From NCBI GenBank assembly GCA_964446965.1, contig CAYUQD010000001.1:21586-85585 (forward strand): a stretch of 64,000 bases of DNA. Direction: 5' to 3'. Positions 39,044 through 48,527 of the stretch are shown here, piece by piece. Source of the DNA: an uncultured Candidatus Saccharibacteria bacterium. Its GTDB lineage: Bacteria; Patescibacteriota; Minisyncoccia; Phycocordibacterales; UBA9973. Position 1 is the stretch's first letter, and every line of letters starts with the position of its first letter. The notes beneath the pieces were generated by a model. It ran no database searches, was not told the origin of the DNA, and saw only the letters and a program-made list of their open reading frames with translations. The translations under genes and the position numbers were made by a program.

Positions 39044-40024
39044 ATGATATCCCCACAATCGGGTCAAAAAAAGCGCCTTATCTCCGGTGTGAAGCCAACT
39101 GGTCGACCACATATCGGCAACTACTTTGGGGCAATGAAGCAGTTTGTCGATCTGCAAGATCAATACGAAACATTCGTTTTTATCGCAGATTTGCACGCAC
39201 TCAACTCCATTCAGAACAAAGAGGAGATGTTGCAACTCTCGCACAATCTCGTTCTCGACTACCTCGGCATAGGACTTGATCCCAAACATATCACCTTGTT
39301 CAAACAGTCATCAGTACCTGCACATACACAACTCACCTGGATATTTGATACGCTCATCACTGTCCCGTTCATGATGCGTGCACATGCGTACAAAGACGCC
39401 GTTGCAAAGGATATTGAACCGAGTATGGGACTCTTTAACTATCCAGTCCTCATGGCGGCAGATATCCTCATGTACGACGCCGAAGTTGTCCCAGTCGGCA
39501 AGGACCAAAAGCAACACATAGAATACGCGCGTGATATCGCTGGAAAGTTCAACAACCAATACGACGAGCTGTTCAAGCTCCCAAAAGAACTCATCCTCGA
39601 AGATGTCGAGACAGTACCAGGTACTGATGGACAAAAAATGTCAAAAAGTTATGGCAATACTATCCCACTCTTTGGGACTGACAAGGAGATTGAGAAAGCG
39701 GTGATGAGTATTGCAACTGATTCGAGAGGCAAGGATGAGGTGAAAAATCCCGACGACATGGTGCTCTACCAGATCCACAAACTCTTTGATGATTCTGCAG
39801 AACTAAAAAGCCAATATACGCAAGGGTTGGGATATGGCGATGCAAAGAAACGCTTGATCAAAGATATTATCGACTTTGTCACGCCGATGCGTGAACGTCG
39901 CAAGGTATACGAAGACGATCCCAAGCTCGTCCAACAGATACTCCTCGAAGGTGCAATGAAGGCAAATGAGATTGCAATGAAGAAATTGGGGAAGGTGTAT
40001 GAAAGTGTGGGGTTGATGGAATAA
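39044..40024 (+). CDS. trpS: Tryptophan--tRNA ligase
   Basis: SGVKPTG..HIGN, YPVLMAADIL, VGKDQKQH, KMSKS. Confidence 0.98.
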   Translation: MISPQSGQKKRLISGVKPTGRPHIGNYFGAMKQFVDLQDQYETFVFIADLHALNSIQNKEEMLQLSHNLVLDYLGIGLDPKHITLFKQSSVPAHTQLTWIFDTLITVPFMMRAHAYKDAVAKDIEPSMGLFNYPVLMAADILMYDAEVVPVGKDQKQHIEYARDIAGKFNNQYDELFKLPKELILEDVETVPGTDGQKMSKSYGNTIPLFGTDKEIEKAVMSIATDSRGKDEVKNPDDMVLYQIHKLFDDSAELKSQYTQGLGYGDAKKRLIKDIIDFVTPMRERRKVYEDDPKLVQQILLEGAMKANEIAMKKLGKVYESVGLME

Positions 40025-40026
40025 CT

Positions 40027-41826
40027 ATGGGAAAGAAAAAAACATTTTATGGAAAAATAATTACCCTTTTCAGACCATTCTGGAAGTATTTTATTATTAC
40101 TGTCATTCTTTTATTCATCATGCTAGCTATGGGCTCATTTACCCCATATTTATTTGGTAAAGGAGTAGATGCTATTAGTAAGGGAAATGTGCGATTAACA
40201 TTTTTGTTTTTAGGAATTTCATTTTTTATTACATTAATTCAGCAACAATTTCTCTATTATATAAAGGAATATATTGATATTAAAAAACTGGACGTAAATG
40301 TCACACAAGCTTTCTCGGTACTTTCCTTGAAAAGAATGCTCAATTTTTCAATTGGACAGCATATCAACGAACACTCTGGTGTAAAGCAGACAGTAGTGAA
40401 CAAAGGTCAAAATGCACTAGTAAACTTGGTTGATCAATTTATGTACAATATTTTGCAGAGTGTATTGCAAATAGTTGTGACACTTATAATACTTGCCGTA
40501 TTTGATTGGCGTGTTGCAGGAGTTGCACTAGCATTTGTATTGCTACACATTTTGGTTTCCAATCGAAGAAATAAAAACTATTTTCCACTACTTGATGACG
40601 TACGCAAAAAAAATCAAGCACAATCAAAACTCCAATCTGAATTATTCAGAAATTCAACACTAGTGATCGCTGAAGCTCAGGAAGATAGAACCGTAAAGGA
40701 TTTTAATGATTCGTATACTGGAGTAACTACTTTTACCATTGATCTCTGGCTCAGATATATACGTGCGTTTTATTCCCAAAAAGTAGTGATTACTATCGGT
40801 AGGTATGCGACACTGGGTCTAGGAGTATATTTCATCTTTGCCGGATACCATTCTGCAGGTATGTTTGTCACATTTTTCGCATGGACCAGTACTATTTTTG
40901 ATAATGTTAACCAATTGATGAATTCGCAAAGACAAGTAATGAATTTTGTTATTGAAATTAAAAAGTATTTTGATCTCATGGATATCGTTCCTGATATAGA
41001 TCCCAATATTGGTGGTAAAACTGTCCCAAATCTACAAGGTAGTATTGAGTTCAAAAATGTCTCATTCGCATACCCATACCGCAAAAGTGCAAAAGAAGAG
41101 GAAGAAGAGCTCGATGTCGACAAAGAGCAAGAACACACGATTGAAAACGTGAACCTCATGATCCCTGCCGGAGCAAAAGTCGGATTTGTCGGAGTATCTG
41201 GGTCGGGCAAGTCGACGATCGTGAACCTCATGCGTCGCTACTATGAGGCAACCAAGGGTGATATTTTGATCGATGGTGTCAGTATCAAGGAGCTCGACCT
41301 TCATTGGCTCCGTAGTCAGATCGGGAATGTCGAACAAAAGATAGATCTCTTTGATCGTAGTATCCGAGACAATATATTGTTTGGACTTGCATCGAGTACT
41401 GACGTCGACGAGACCAAGCTTGCTCGCGCAGTGACCGACGCGTCGCTCGATGACTTCATCGCAAAACTCAAGGACCACGGACTCGATACGATGATCGGCG
41501 AGAGCGGTATCAAGGTCTCGGGTGGAGAACGCCAGCGTATCGGTATTGCGCGTGCTCTCATCAAGGATCCAAAGATTCTGATATTTGACGAAGCGACATC
41601 GGCGCTCGACTCTATCAATGAGAAGCTCATTCACGACGCCATCAACCGCTCTGCTGCGGGCCGCACGACGATCATCATTGCGCACAGACTCTCTACGGTG
41701 ATGGATGCAGATATCATATTTGTCGTGGCAGAAGGCAAGATCGTGGGGCAGGGAACACACGCTGAGCTTGAGAAGAAGAATAAGGAATACCAGAAGTTGA
41801 TCAAAAATCAGATATTGATGGGGTAG
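40027..41826 (+). CDS. ABC exporter, fused TMD-NBD
   Basis: GVSGSGKST, VSGGERQR, IFDEATS, IAHRL; no N-terminal C39 peptidase domain. Confidence 0.93.
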   Translation: MGKKKTFYGKIITLFRPFWKYFIITVILLFIMLAMGSFTPYLFGKGVDAISKGNVRLTFLFLGISFFITLIQQQFLYYIKEYIDIKKLDVNVTQAFSVLSLKRMLNFSIGQHINEHSGVKQTVVNKGQNALVNLVDQFMYNILQSVLQIVVTLIILAVFDWRVAGVALAFVLLHILVSNRRNKNYFPLLDDVRKKNQAQSKLQSELFRNSTLVIAEAQEDRTVKDFNDSYTGVTTFTIDLWLRYIRAFYSQKVVITIGRYATLGLGVYFIFAGYHSAGMFVTFFAWTSTIFDNVNQLMNSQRQVMNFVIEIKKYFDLMDIVPDIDPNIGGKTVPNLQGSIEFKNVSFAYPYRKSAKEEEEELDVDKEQEHTIENVNLMIPAGAKVGFVGVSGSGKSTIVNLMRRYYEATKGDILIDGVSIKELDLHWLRSQIGNVEQKIDLFDRSIRDNILFGLASSTDVDETKLARAVTDASLDDFIAKLKDHGLDTMIGESGIKVSGGERQRIGIARALIKDPKILIFDEATSALDSINEKLIHDAINRSAAGRTTIIIAHRLSTVMDADIIFVVAEGKIVGQGTHAELEKKNKEYQKLIKNQILMG

Positions 41827-41871
41827 GTTGACAAATTTGTATTAGATAGTATTGTTAAGAAAAACTTAACA

Positions 41872-42501
41872 ATGAAAAAAACTACTGTTATTAAAAGAAA
41901 ACTCACTCTTATACAGAGTCTGAACTTTACTCAGCTTAAATCAAAGCTTCGTAAACCTGAAGAAGGAAAAGGTTTGACCGTAAAACAAGCAAATCAAGCA
42001 GAAAAATTGTACAAGCAATTCTTGTGCCTTCTTCTGTTGCACCCAGAAAAACAAATTGTACCCAATAGGATCATCGATCATTTTTGGCATGCGCATATCT
42101 TGGATACTAGGAGATATCATGCTGATTGTGAAAAGATTTTTGGATACTATATTCACCATTACCCATATTTCGGATTACGTGGTAAGAAAGATGCAAAAAA
42201 TCTCCAGGATTCTTTCAAAGAAACCAACGAACTGTGGGTAGCTGAATTTGGTAAACCTTTAAATGTATTGAAAGCAGTTGGTTGTACTTCTGCTTGCACG
42301 ATTAATGATGAAAAAAAATCTTCACTCTGCGGAGTAACATGTGCAGGTAGATGCCATCCAGAAAAACTACAGTCATCTTTGTGTGGAGGAGGCGGGGGTA
42401 ATTGTATAAGTTCTTGTAAACCTGAAAAACCCGCAAAATGCAATACCGGAGGTAATTGTGTAAGTAGTAAAAATCAAAAAAACCTAAAAAAACGAGCGTA
42501 A
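41872..42501 (+). CDS. Glycine-rich-domain (GRDP/DUF1399-like) protein with Cys-rich repeated C-terminal tail
   Basis: YKQFL...P...IDHFWHAHILDT..Y...C...FG..IHHYP core; tail CTSAC, LCGVTCAGRC, LCGGGGGNCISSC, CNTGGNC. Confidence 0.72.
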   Translation: MKKTTVIKRKLTLIQSLNFTQLKSKLRKPEEGKGLTVKQANQAEKLYKQFLCLLLLHPEKQIVPNRIIDHFWHAHILDTRRYHADCEKIFGYYIHHYPYFGLRGKKDAKNLQDSFKETNELWVAEFGKPLNVLKAVGCTSACTINDEKKSSLCGVTCAGRCHPEKLQSSLCGGGGGNCISSCKPEKPAKCNTGGNCVSSKNQKNLKKRA

Positions 42502-42629
42502 GACTCTGAAGGTTTTAACTAAAGCCCTGGAAATTTCCAGGGCTTTTTATATTGACATTTATTTATAATTATGTATATTGTTTTGAAACAAAAACGATAT
42601 ATTTCACCTTTAAAACCAAATAAAACGAT

Positions 42630-43721
42630 ATGAAAAAAATGCTAAAGGCCTTTAACAAGCTTGTATTTTTGCACCATAAAACTGCCACTCAAGTGTATGA
42701 TATCGCGACTTTGGCTCAAGCTATTGAACAAAGCGCTCTAGATGCATTTGCGACATATGCAAAAGGTGTAAAACCATCCGGTAATTTTGTTAGGATTGAC
42801 CGTAAAGATAAAATGCAAGACGTGCTTGGTATAATCTATTCTGTAGATTATTTCGTGAGAAAAGGTGTAGGCTTTACCCCCAAATTAATGCTCCTTCAAA
42901 ACAGAGTTATGGGAGCAAATTGTTTCGGACATGCAATCATTCTTGGATCATTGTTACGACACGAACGCAATGGATACAAAGTATACCTTGGGATTACTCC
43001 AGATCATGCATCCGTCATACTAGAGTCCAATAATGAACTCTACGTATGTTTGAGTAATGATTTTGCTCGCCTAAAAAAGATGCACGGTACTCTTGTAGAG
43101 CATGAGGGGTACAGATGGTACACATGTTCAGAAAAAGATGATTTTAATTTTACACATATTGCTATCCAGGACTTTGAAAAGGGAGTCATAAACGCAATGG
43201 TTGAGAGCTTCATCTTTTTACAGGAGAATTCAAAGAAGCGTATGCAGGATGAATATATAGATGAGCATGCATTTAATGACCCTGGTTTTAAGATACGAAC
43301 AAGGGTGCATACTACCAATTGGAAGTATTTTCAAAAAAAGTATTTAGCTGAACTTAATGGGTACAGGACAAGATATGAAAAAGAATACCTCCTTGATTGC
43401 CTCAGAACAGAGCATCGCCGTGCTTATCAAAGGATGCGTAATAAGTTTGATAAGATTATTGCCGGAGCATTCCAAAATGCACTACCGATGCGGTATACAC
43501 CTGATTTAAACAAAAAGTTTATACAGGCATATGTTCCACTACTTCAAACAGTACGAGCAAAACTTAATGTATTCTTGGAAAACGGCGAATACATGATATC
43601 CTTACCAAAACGTCTCGAACGCTATCTCAAATCCATTAAATATGGGATTGAAAAAGATCCTAGTATTAAGGAATTTGTTATAGAAAGATTTGATCAATTG
43701 CTTTCATCACAAAGAGCGTAG
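42630..43721 (+). CDS. Hypothetical protein with transglutaminase/papain-like Cys-His motif
   Basis: GANCFGHAIILGSLL...VYLGITPDHASVI resembles the transglutaminase-like catalytic helix and strand. Confidence 0.55.
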   Translation: MKKMLKAFNKLVFLHHKTATQVYDIATLAQAIEQSALDAFATYAKGVKPSGNFVRIDRKDKMQDVLGIIYSVDYFVRKGVGFTPKLMLLQNRVMGANCFGHAIILGSLLRHERNGYKVYLGITPDHASVILESNNELYVCLSNDFARLKKMHGTLVEHEGYRWYTCSEKDDFNFTHIAIQDFEKGVINAMVESFIFLQENSKKRMQDEYIDEHAFNDPGFKIRTRVHTTNWKYFQKKYLAELNGYRTRYEKEYLLDCLRTEHRRAYQRMRNKFDKIIAGAFQNALPMRYTPDLNKKFIQAYVPLLQTVRAKLNVFLENGEYMISLPKRLERYLKSIKYGIEKDPSIKEFVIERFDQLLSSQRA

Positions 43722-43750
43722 CTCATTTTCTTCATTAAAAAACAAAAAAC

Positions 43751-43924
43751 ATGAACACAGCAGAGAATTTCTTAAAGAACAACATGTCTGAAGGAAAGCC
43801 ACTCGAAGAAGGTTTTGATAGCCTTCCCCACAAAGAACAGCAAAAGGTGCTTAAGACTTTGCAGGAAAGGCAAAAAAAGCCGCCAACATCAAGTCTCAAT
43901 GATGGTGATGATAATGGTGTCTAG
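43751..43924 (+). CDS. 57-aa small hydrophilic protein (missed by ORF track)
   Basis: MNTAENFLKNNMSEGKPLEEGFDSLPHKEQQKVLKTLQERQKKPPTSSLNDGDDNGV*; A-rich leader; lies before the shared terminator. Confidence 0.6.
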   Translation: MNTAENFLKNNMSEGKPLEEGFDSLPHKEQQKVLKTLQERQKKPPTSSLNDGDDNGV

Positions 43925-44052
43925 GTTTTACACTTCGACTTTGAAGGCCCCGCGATAATTTCCGGGGCTTTTTATATTGACATTTATATAAAACTAAGTA
44001 TAATGATTAAAAAATTAAACAATATTTAACTCAACCTTTAAAAACAAAATAA

Positions 44053-45336
44053 ATGAAAAGAAACTACTTACTCAATGAATTTGGTGTAACGCGTCACGAT
44101 CTCACACTCGATAATGGTTTAAAAGTCATCTTTATAGAAAAGCAATTTGCTCCGATCTATGCAAAATTGATGATCCGAGCTGGATCGATCTATAACGGTT
44201 CTGATAATGGCCTTGCTCATTTATCAGAGCACTTACTTGTTGGTGCTTCAAAAGACTACCCAACAAAGGCAAATATTGCCAGAATTCTTTCAAATGTTGG
44301 TGGGTTTTCAAACGCCTACACATCACTGGAAGATATGACCATTGACTCAAAGGTTGCTTCATCTGAATATTTACCCGATATGATTAAGCATTTTCGGGCA
44401 ACTATCGAAGATATGTACCTCACGCCTGAGCTTTTTCAAAAAGAACAAAGTGTAGTCATTACTGAATTAGCAGAAACACTATCTGAAAATAATGATTATC
44501 TCCCTGGGAGGATCTTAAGGAAAATTCTGACCGGTGATACGCAATGGTATAATTCAAACTTGGGTGTAGAAGAATCAATACGCACACTTACTATTGAAGA
44601 CGTGATGAGATTCTATACACAGCATTTTGTGAAAGAGAACATGCTTTTAGTTGTTACTGGAGGTTGTACCAAAGAAGAAATCAGTACACATTTCTCAACA
44701 CTTCGATTGCGTGAAGGAAAAACAATAGAGCTTCCTTTGGAGCCCTCACTATTAGAACCCTCTTATAGATATTTCTATGAGAAAGACAACACTACGAGTG
44801 AAATACTCCTACTCTTCAATGGCCCAAAGATTGGATCTGCTGCGTCAGAAGTATTACGTTTTATATGTCGATATGCACATAGTGGACTAGGCTCCATCTT
44901 TCTCGATGAGGTTCGTAATAAGCGTGGCTTGGCATACGGTATATCATCTGTAAACTTTGGCTTTTCGACAAACAAATACTTTGGAACAACCACTGAAGTA
45001 TTGCCGGATCGACTCACGGAAACAATCGACGTACTACTTGAATGTTATAAAAAACTTCTGAATGACGGAATGACTAAAACAGAAATCGATATGTGGAATA
45101 AAAGGATGTACCTTTCGGATAAAAGAGATCTGGAAACCTCAAAAGGCTGGGTACAAATGTTTGATGATGAGCTATATCCTCTAAAAGACGAAGCATACGG
45201 CGCCTATCCTGATGTTTTTAATTTCTATCAAACAATTACGCCAGAAATTGTTAAGTCTGTAGTAGAAAAATATATACGACTTGATCAATTCCATTTATTT
45301 GTAAAAGGTAAAACTAAAAGTAGTAACTACTTTTAA
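44053..45336 (+). CDS. M16 (pitrilysin-like) zinc peptidase
   Basis: LDNGL, GLAHLSEHL (HxxEH), NAYTS, EVRNKRGLAY. Confidence 0.9.
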   Translation: MKRNYLLNEFGVTRHDLTLDNGLKVIFIEKQFAPIYAKLMIRAGSIYNGSDNGLAHLSEHLLVGASKDYPTKANIARILSNVGGFSNAYTSLEDMTIDSKVASSEYLPDMIKHFRATIEDMYLTPELFQKEQSVVITELAETLSENNDYLPGRILRKILTGDTQWYNSNLGVEESIRTLTIEDVMRFYTQHFVKENMLLVVTGGCTKEEISTHFSTLRLREGKTIELPLEPSLLEPSYRYFYEKDNTTSEILLLFNGPKIGSAASEVLRFICRYAHSGLGSIFLDEVRNKRGLAYGISSVNFGFSTNKYFGTTTEVLPDRLTETIDVLLECYKKLLNDGMTKTEIDMWNKRMYLSDKRDLETSKGWVQMFDDELYPLKDEAYGAYPDVFNFYQTITPEIVKSVVEKYIRLDQFHLFVKGKTKSSNYF

Positions 45337-45446
45337 CAATAGAGCCCGGAACCATTCCGGGCTTTTTTATATTGACTTTTTATATCAATGGAGTAGATTT
45401 GATTTAAAGTAAATCCATTTATTTCAGCACATTAAACCTAATATGT

Positions 45447-45857
45447 ATGAAAAAGAACTATTTTCATGATCAATCAGATCATTGTGGTGTAGATGTGATT
45501 GTTACCAATAACACCAACATCACTACAACAGCGAACTCTCACAATGAGCCTTATTCACCTATTAATGCTCAACTACCTTCTGACTGTGGTAGTTATGGTC
45601 ATGCAGGTAATACTGCCACCCAGTCAATAACAATCTCTGCTGGGGATAATGCTACTAAAACTCCTACAACAAGTTCTGTAGCTACATTTCAGACGTTAAC
45701 CTATGGAGCACCTCAGAACGATGATGCCCCTTCTGGTAAGGAGCAGAAACTGGAGCGAGATTGGCCATTTATTTTGAGAGAAGTGTGGGGATTTCCGGTT
45801 ACCAAAGCAATCTTGCTTATAGCAGTGATAATCATAGCTCTGCGGTTATTCTTTTAA
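45447..45857 (+). CDS. Hypothetical Ser/Thr-rich protein with C-terminal TM anchor
   Basis: Low-complexity N-terminal region, hydrophobic C-terminus, own promoter and terminator. Confidence 0.5.
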   Translation: MKKNYFHDQSDHCGVDVIVTNNTNITTTANSHNEPYSPINAQLPSDCGSYGHAGNTATQSITISAGDNATKTPTTSSVATFQTLTYGAPQNDDAPSGKEQKLERDWPFILREVWGFPVTKAILLIAVIIIALRLFF

Positions 45858-45934
45858 ACAAATGGGTTCGTATAAAGCACGGGATCAACTCCTGGGCTTT
45901 TTTTATTGCCCGATATATGGCACAATGCAAACCT

Positions 45935-47284
45935 ATGAGCAGCACTATGGAACGAACCTATATTGGAGACTTGGGGGGCAAGGCAGGCGAGACAGTACTC
46001 ATCAAGGGGTGGATAGACGTCCGTCGCGACCAGGGCAAAATGGTCTTTTTTGACTTCAGAGATATGACGGGCACGATCCAAGGTGTCGTCCTTCCAATGC
46101 GTCCAGACGTCATTGAGATCGCAAAGACATGTCGCCCAGAGACCGTTGTCGCAATCCAAGGTATCGTGAACAAGCGCCCAGAACGTAACATCCAAGCCGA
46201 CAAGCAAAATGGTGATATCGAACTTGAAGTGACAAATATCGATATACTTAGTCCGGCCCAAGATCTACCGTTTGACTTTAACGCTGAACCAAACCTTGAT
46301 ACATTACTTGATTACCGACCATACACACTACGCATGCCACGCGAGCGGGCAATATTTAAAGTCCAGCATAATATCCTCAAAGCCTTTCGAGAGTACCTCA
46401 CGAGTGAGAAGTTTACTGAATTCAGAGCACCTGCTATTACAGGAGGAGATGCAGAGGGCGGTACTGAAGTATTTAAGTTCGATTATTTCTATGGAAAAAT
46501 GGGGTATCTTGCAACAAGTCCGCAACTATACAAGCAAATGATGGTTGGTGTATTCGAGCGTGTATTTACGATTGCAAACGTCTTTCGTGCCGAAAAGCAT
46601 GCAACTGCTCGCCACTTGAACGAATATACGTCTCTCGACCTAGAAATGGGGTTTATCGACGGACCAGAAGATGTTATGAAGCTTGAAACAAGACTTTTGC
46701 GCTATATTTCTGAACACCTTCAAAAAACATGCGCGAAGGAATTTGAAGTTCTTGGTGCAACATTCCCACTTATCCCAGATAGCGATATGTTCCCAAGTAT
46801 GAAGCTCGCAGACGCGCAAGCGCTCATCACCAAAGAAACTGGCGTGGACTGCACACAGGAACCAGATCTTGATCCAGAACATGAACGCTGGCTCTGTGAG
46901 TATGCAAAGAAGGAACTGGGGTCTGATTTCATTTTCATTACGAACTACCCTCGGACAAAGCGGCCATTCTATGCAATGGATGATGAAAATAATGAGGGAC
47001 GAACTAAGTGTTACGATCTTTTATTCCGCGGTCTTGAACTCATATCAGGTAACCAGCGAGAACATCGTTACGAAAAACTCGTCGAAAAGATGAAATGGAA
47101 AGGTCTTGATCCTGAAAAGTTTTCATTCTATCTTCAAGCGTTCAAATATGGTCTTCCGCCACATGGTGGACTCGGTATGGGGCTCGAACGTCTTACTGCA
47201 CGATTTTTGGGTCTCTCAAACATTAAAGAGGCTACACTTTTCCCGCGCGATATCAACCGTATTGATAAATTACTCTCTGAGTAA
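45935..47284 (+). CDS. aspS: Aspartate--tRNA(Asp/Asn) ligase, short archaeal-type non-discriminating form
   Basis: OB fold GW..RRDQG, EGGT, LATSPQLYKQ, FRAEKH..RHLNE, PPHGGLGMGLER; lacks GAD insert; start 45935 or 45947. Confidence 0.92.
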   Translation: MSSTMERTYIGDLGGKAGETVLIKGWIDVRRDQGKMVFFDFRDMTGTIQGVVLPMRPDVIEIAKTCRPETVVAIQGIVNKRPERNIQADKQNGDIELEVTNIDILSPAQDLPFDFNAEPNLDTLLDYRPYTLRMPRERAIFKVQHNILKAFREYLTSEKFTEFRAPAITGGDAEGGTEVFKFDYFYGKMGYLATSPQLYKQMMVGVFERVFTIANVFRAEKHATARHLNEYTSLDLEMGFIDGPEDVMKLETRLLRYISEHLQKTCAKEFEVLGATFPLIPDSDMFPSMKLADAQALITKETGVDCTQEPDLDPEHERWLCEYAKKELGSDFIFITNYPRTKRPFYAMDDENNEGRTKCYDLLFRGLELISGNQREHRYEKLVEKMKWKGLDPEKFSFYLQAFKYGLPPHGGLGMGLERLTARFLGLSNIKEATLFPRDINRIDKLLSE

Positions 47285-47309
47285 TTGAGTTGACACAAAA
47301 GAAATAACT

Positions 47310-47873
47310 ATGAAAAAATCAATCTTAATCGCCGTTGTCGGTATAATGATCGGACTCATTATTGGAAAAATATGGTTTGTTGATCATCGTTCATCTCAAC
47401 TAGTGCAATCAACACAAATATCGGGTACTGTCACAGACCTCTTTCCAAAAAATATTAGAAAAGATAACGACACGTACTACATTACATTTGCGAGACAAAT
47501 GCAAGATAAGAAATTGGCACCGAGCTGTTATTTAGAGGACGGATCAGTTATTGATTCAAGCGAGTGTATCCTTGAAGGTAGACCCCTTGAACAAAAAAAG
47601 GTACCGGACATTGATCTGTCGCAAGAATATACATTTGATATGGGCGCGCATGTCTTGCTGTTGAGCTATGATGAACGTATGACTTCAATACTGGGAAGGT
47701 TACCAATAAAAGACGCCGTACCAATTGAGGAGTTTTATGGATACTTACGCAATCCAGATTTGGCAAAAATTGAATATTACGGAGGTGTAACAGAGCAGAT
47801 TCAAAACTGGGGATTTGATGTCGTCATGGTTAATGGCAAAATCAAACAGATGGAGCAGGTGTACCAAGAATAA
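47310..47873 (+). CDS. Membrane-anchored hypothetical protein
   Basis: N-terminal TM, extracytoplasmic domain with two Cys. Confidence 0.65.
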   Translation: MKKSILIAVVGIMIGLIIGKIWFVDHRSSQLVQSTQISGTVTDLFPKNIRKDNDTYYITFARQMQDKKLAPSCYLEDGSVIDSSECILEGRPLEQKKVPDIDLSQEYTFDMGAHVLLLSYDERMTSILGRLPIKDAVPIEEFYGYLRNPDLAKIEYYGGVTEQIQNWGFDVVMVNGKIKQMEQVYQE

Positions 47874-47891
47874 CTACTACATTGAAGAAAT

Positions 47892-47923
47892 AAAAAAAGC
47901 CCTTACATATGTGTAAGGGCTTT
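47892..47923. terminator. Bidirectional intrinsic terminator
   Basis: AAAGCCCTTACA-tatg-TGTAAGGGCTTT between convergent genes. Confidence 0.8.
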
Positions 47924-47933
47924 AATTGTGTTG

Positions 47934-48284
47934 TCAGTCAATTTTCAAAGGAACAATCCGAATAACATTGTGGTCATTCTGTTGGGCTTCGTTCATACAT
48001 TGATCATAATCTTCACTGGCTTTTATTACCTTATGATAATAAAAGGTTTTAGACCCTTCTCCCTCTATGTATTTGGGACAACTTGTCACCACAACGGTTA
48101 CAATTTTTTCCGTAACGGCCAATTGTTTATTGAGCAGATCTGTTTGCTCAATGTACGTGTCCCATTTGGGAGAGCGCAGGGGATTGTGCTTTGTTGGGCC
48201 CGTTTTTGTAGCATCAAAGAATAGTTCTTGGGCTAGTGTGTTGATGTTCTGAAAAAGATCATTTTTTGTCATCGTTTCTGCCAT
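47934..48284 (-). CDS. Hypothetical protein
   Basis: 116-aa ORF with minus-strand TTGACA...TATAAT promoter at about 48312-48339. Confidence 0.6.
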   Translation of the reverse strand: MAETMTKNDLFQNINTLAQELFFDATKTGPTKHNPLRSPKWDTYIEQTDLLNKQLAVTEKIVTVVVTSCPKYIEGEGSKTFYYHKVIKASEDYDQCMNEAQQNDHNVIRIVPLKID

Positions 48285-48403
48285 GAGTATACGTTTTTTA
48301 TGGTTTTGATTATTATACGTACTCCTTTGATATTGTCAAATTATGGGATGTAATATGTACGTGTTTAGCTCGTCTATACAGTGTAGATAGATAGTTTCTC
48401 TAT

Positions 48404-48527
48404 TTACACTTCATTCTTTCCCAAGGGCATTGAACACAACACATTGAGGGTGACGTATCAGATACTTCGTATCCATACTCACAACAGGACTATATCCTCT
48501 CAAACCGGTGTGCTCAATAATATGTAA
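48404..48527. ncRNA. Candidate structured RNA element in a long intergenic region
   Basis: Nested stems 48429-38/48509-18, 48444-48/48499-503, hairpins 48450-82 and 48486-98. Confidence 0.35.

Larger units (their letters stand above)
42521..45400 (+). repeat. Three related terminator+promoter junction elements (about 42521-42580, 43943-44005, 45341-45400)
   Basis: GCCC...TTCC(A/G)GGGCTTTTT(T)ATATTGAC(A/T)TTT-type consensus in all three. Confidence 0.7.

Noticed and set aside
45864-45904. T-arm-like words (GGGTTCG, GGGATCAACTCC) suggesting a tRNA remnant or att site
   Set aside because: No cloverleaf; the hairpin plus T7 run fits an ordinary terminator
48480-48500. Minus-strand GAGGATATAGTCC resembling the RNase P GAGGAAAGTCC motif
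   Set aside because: Imperfect match and no complementary 3' P4/CR-V motif found
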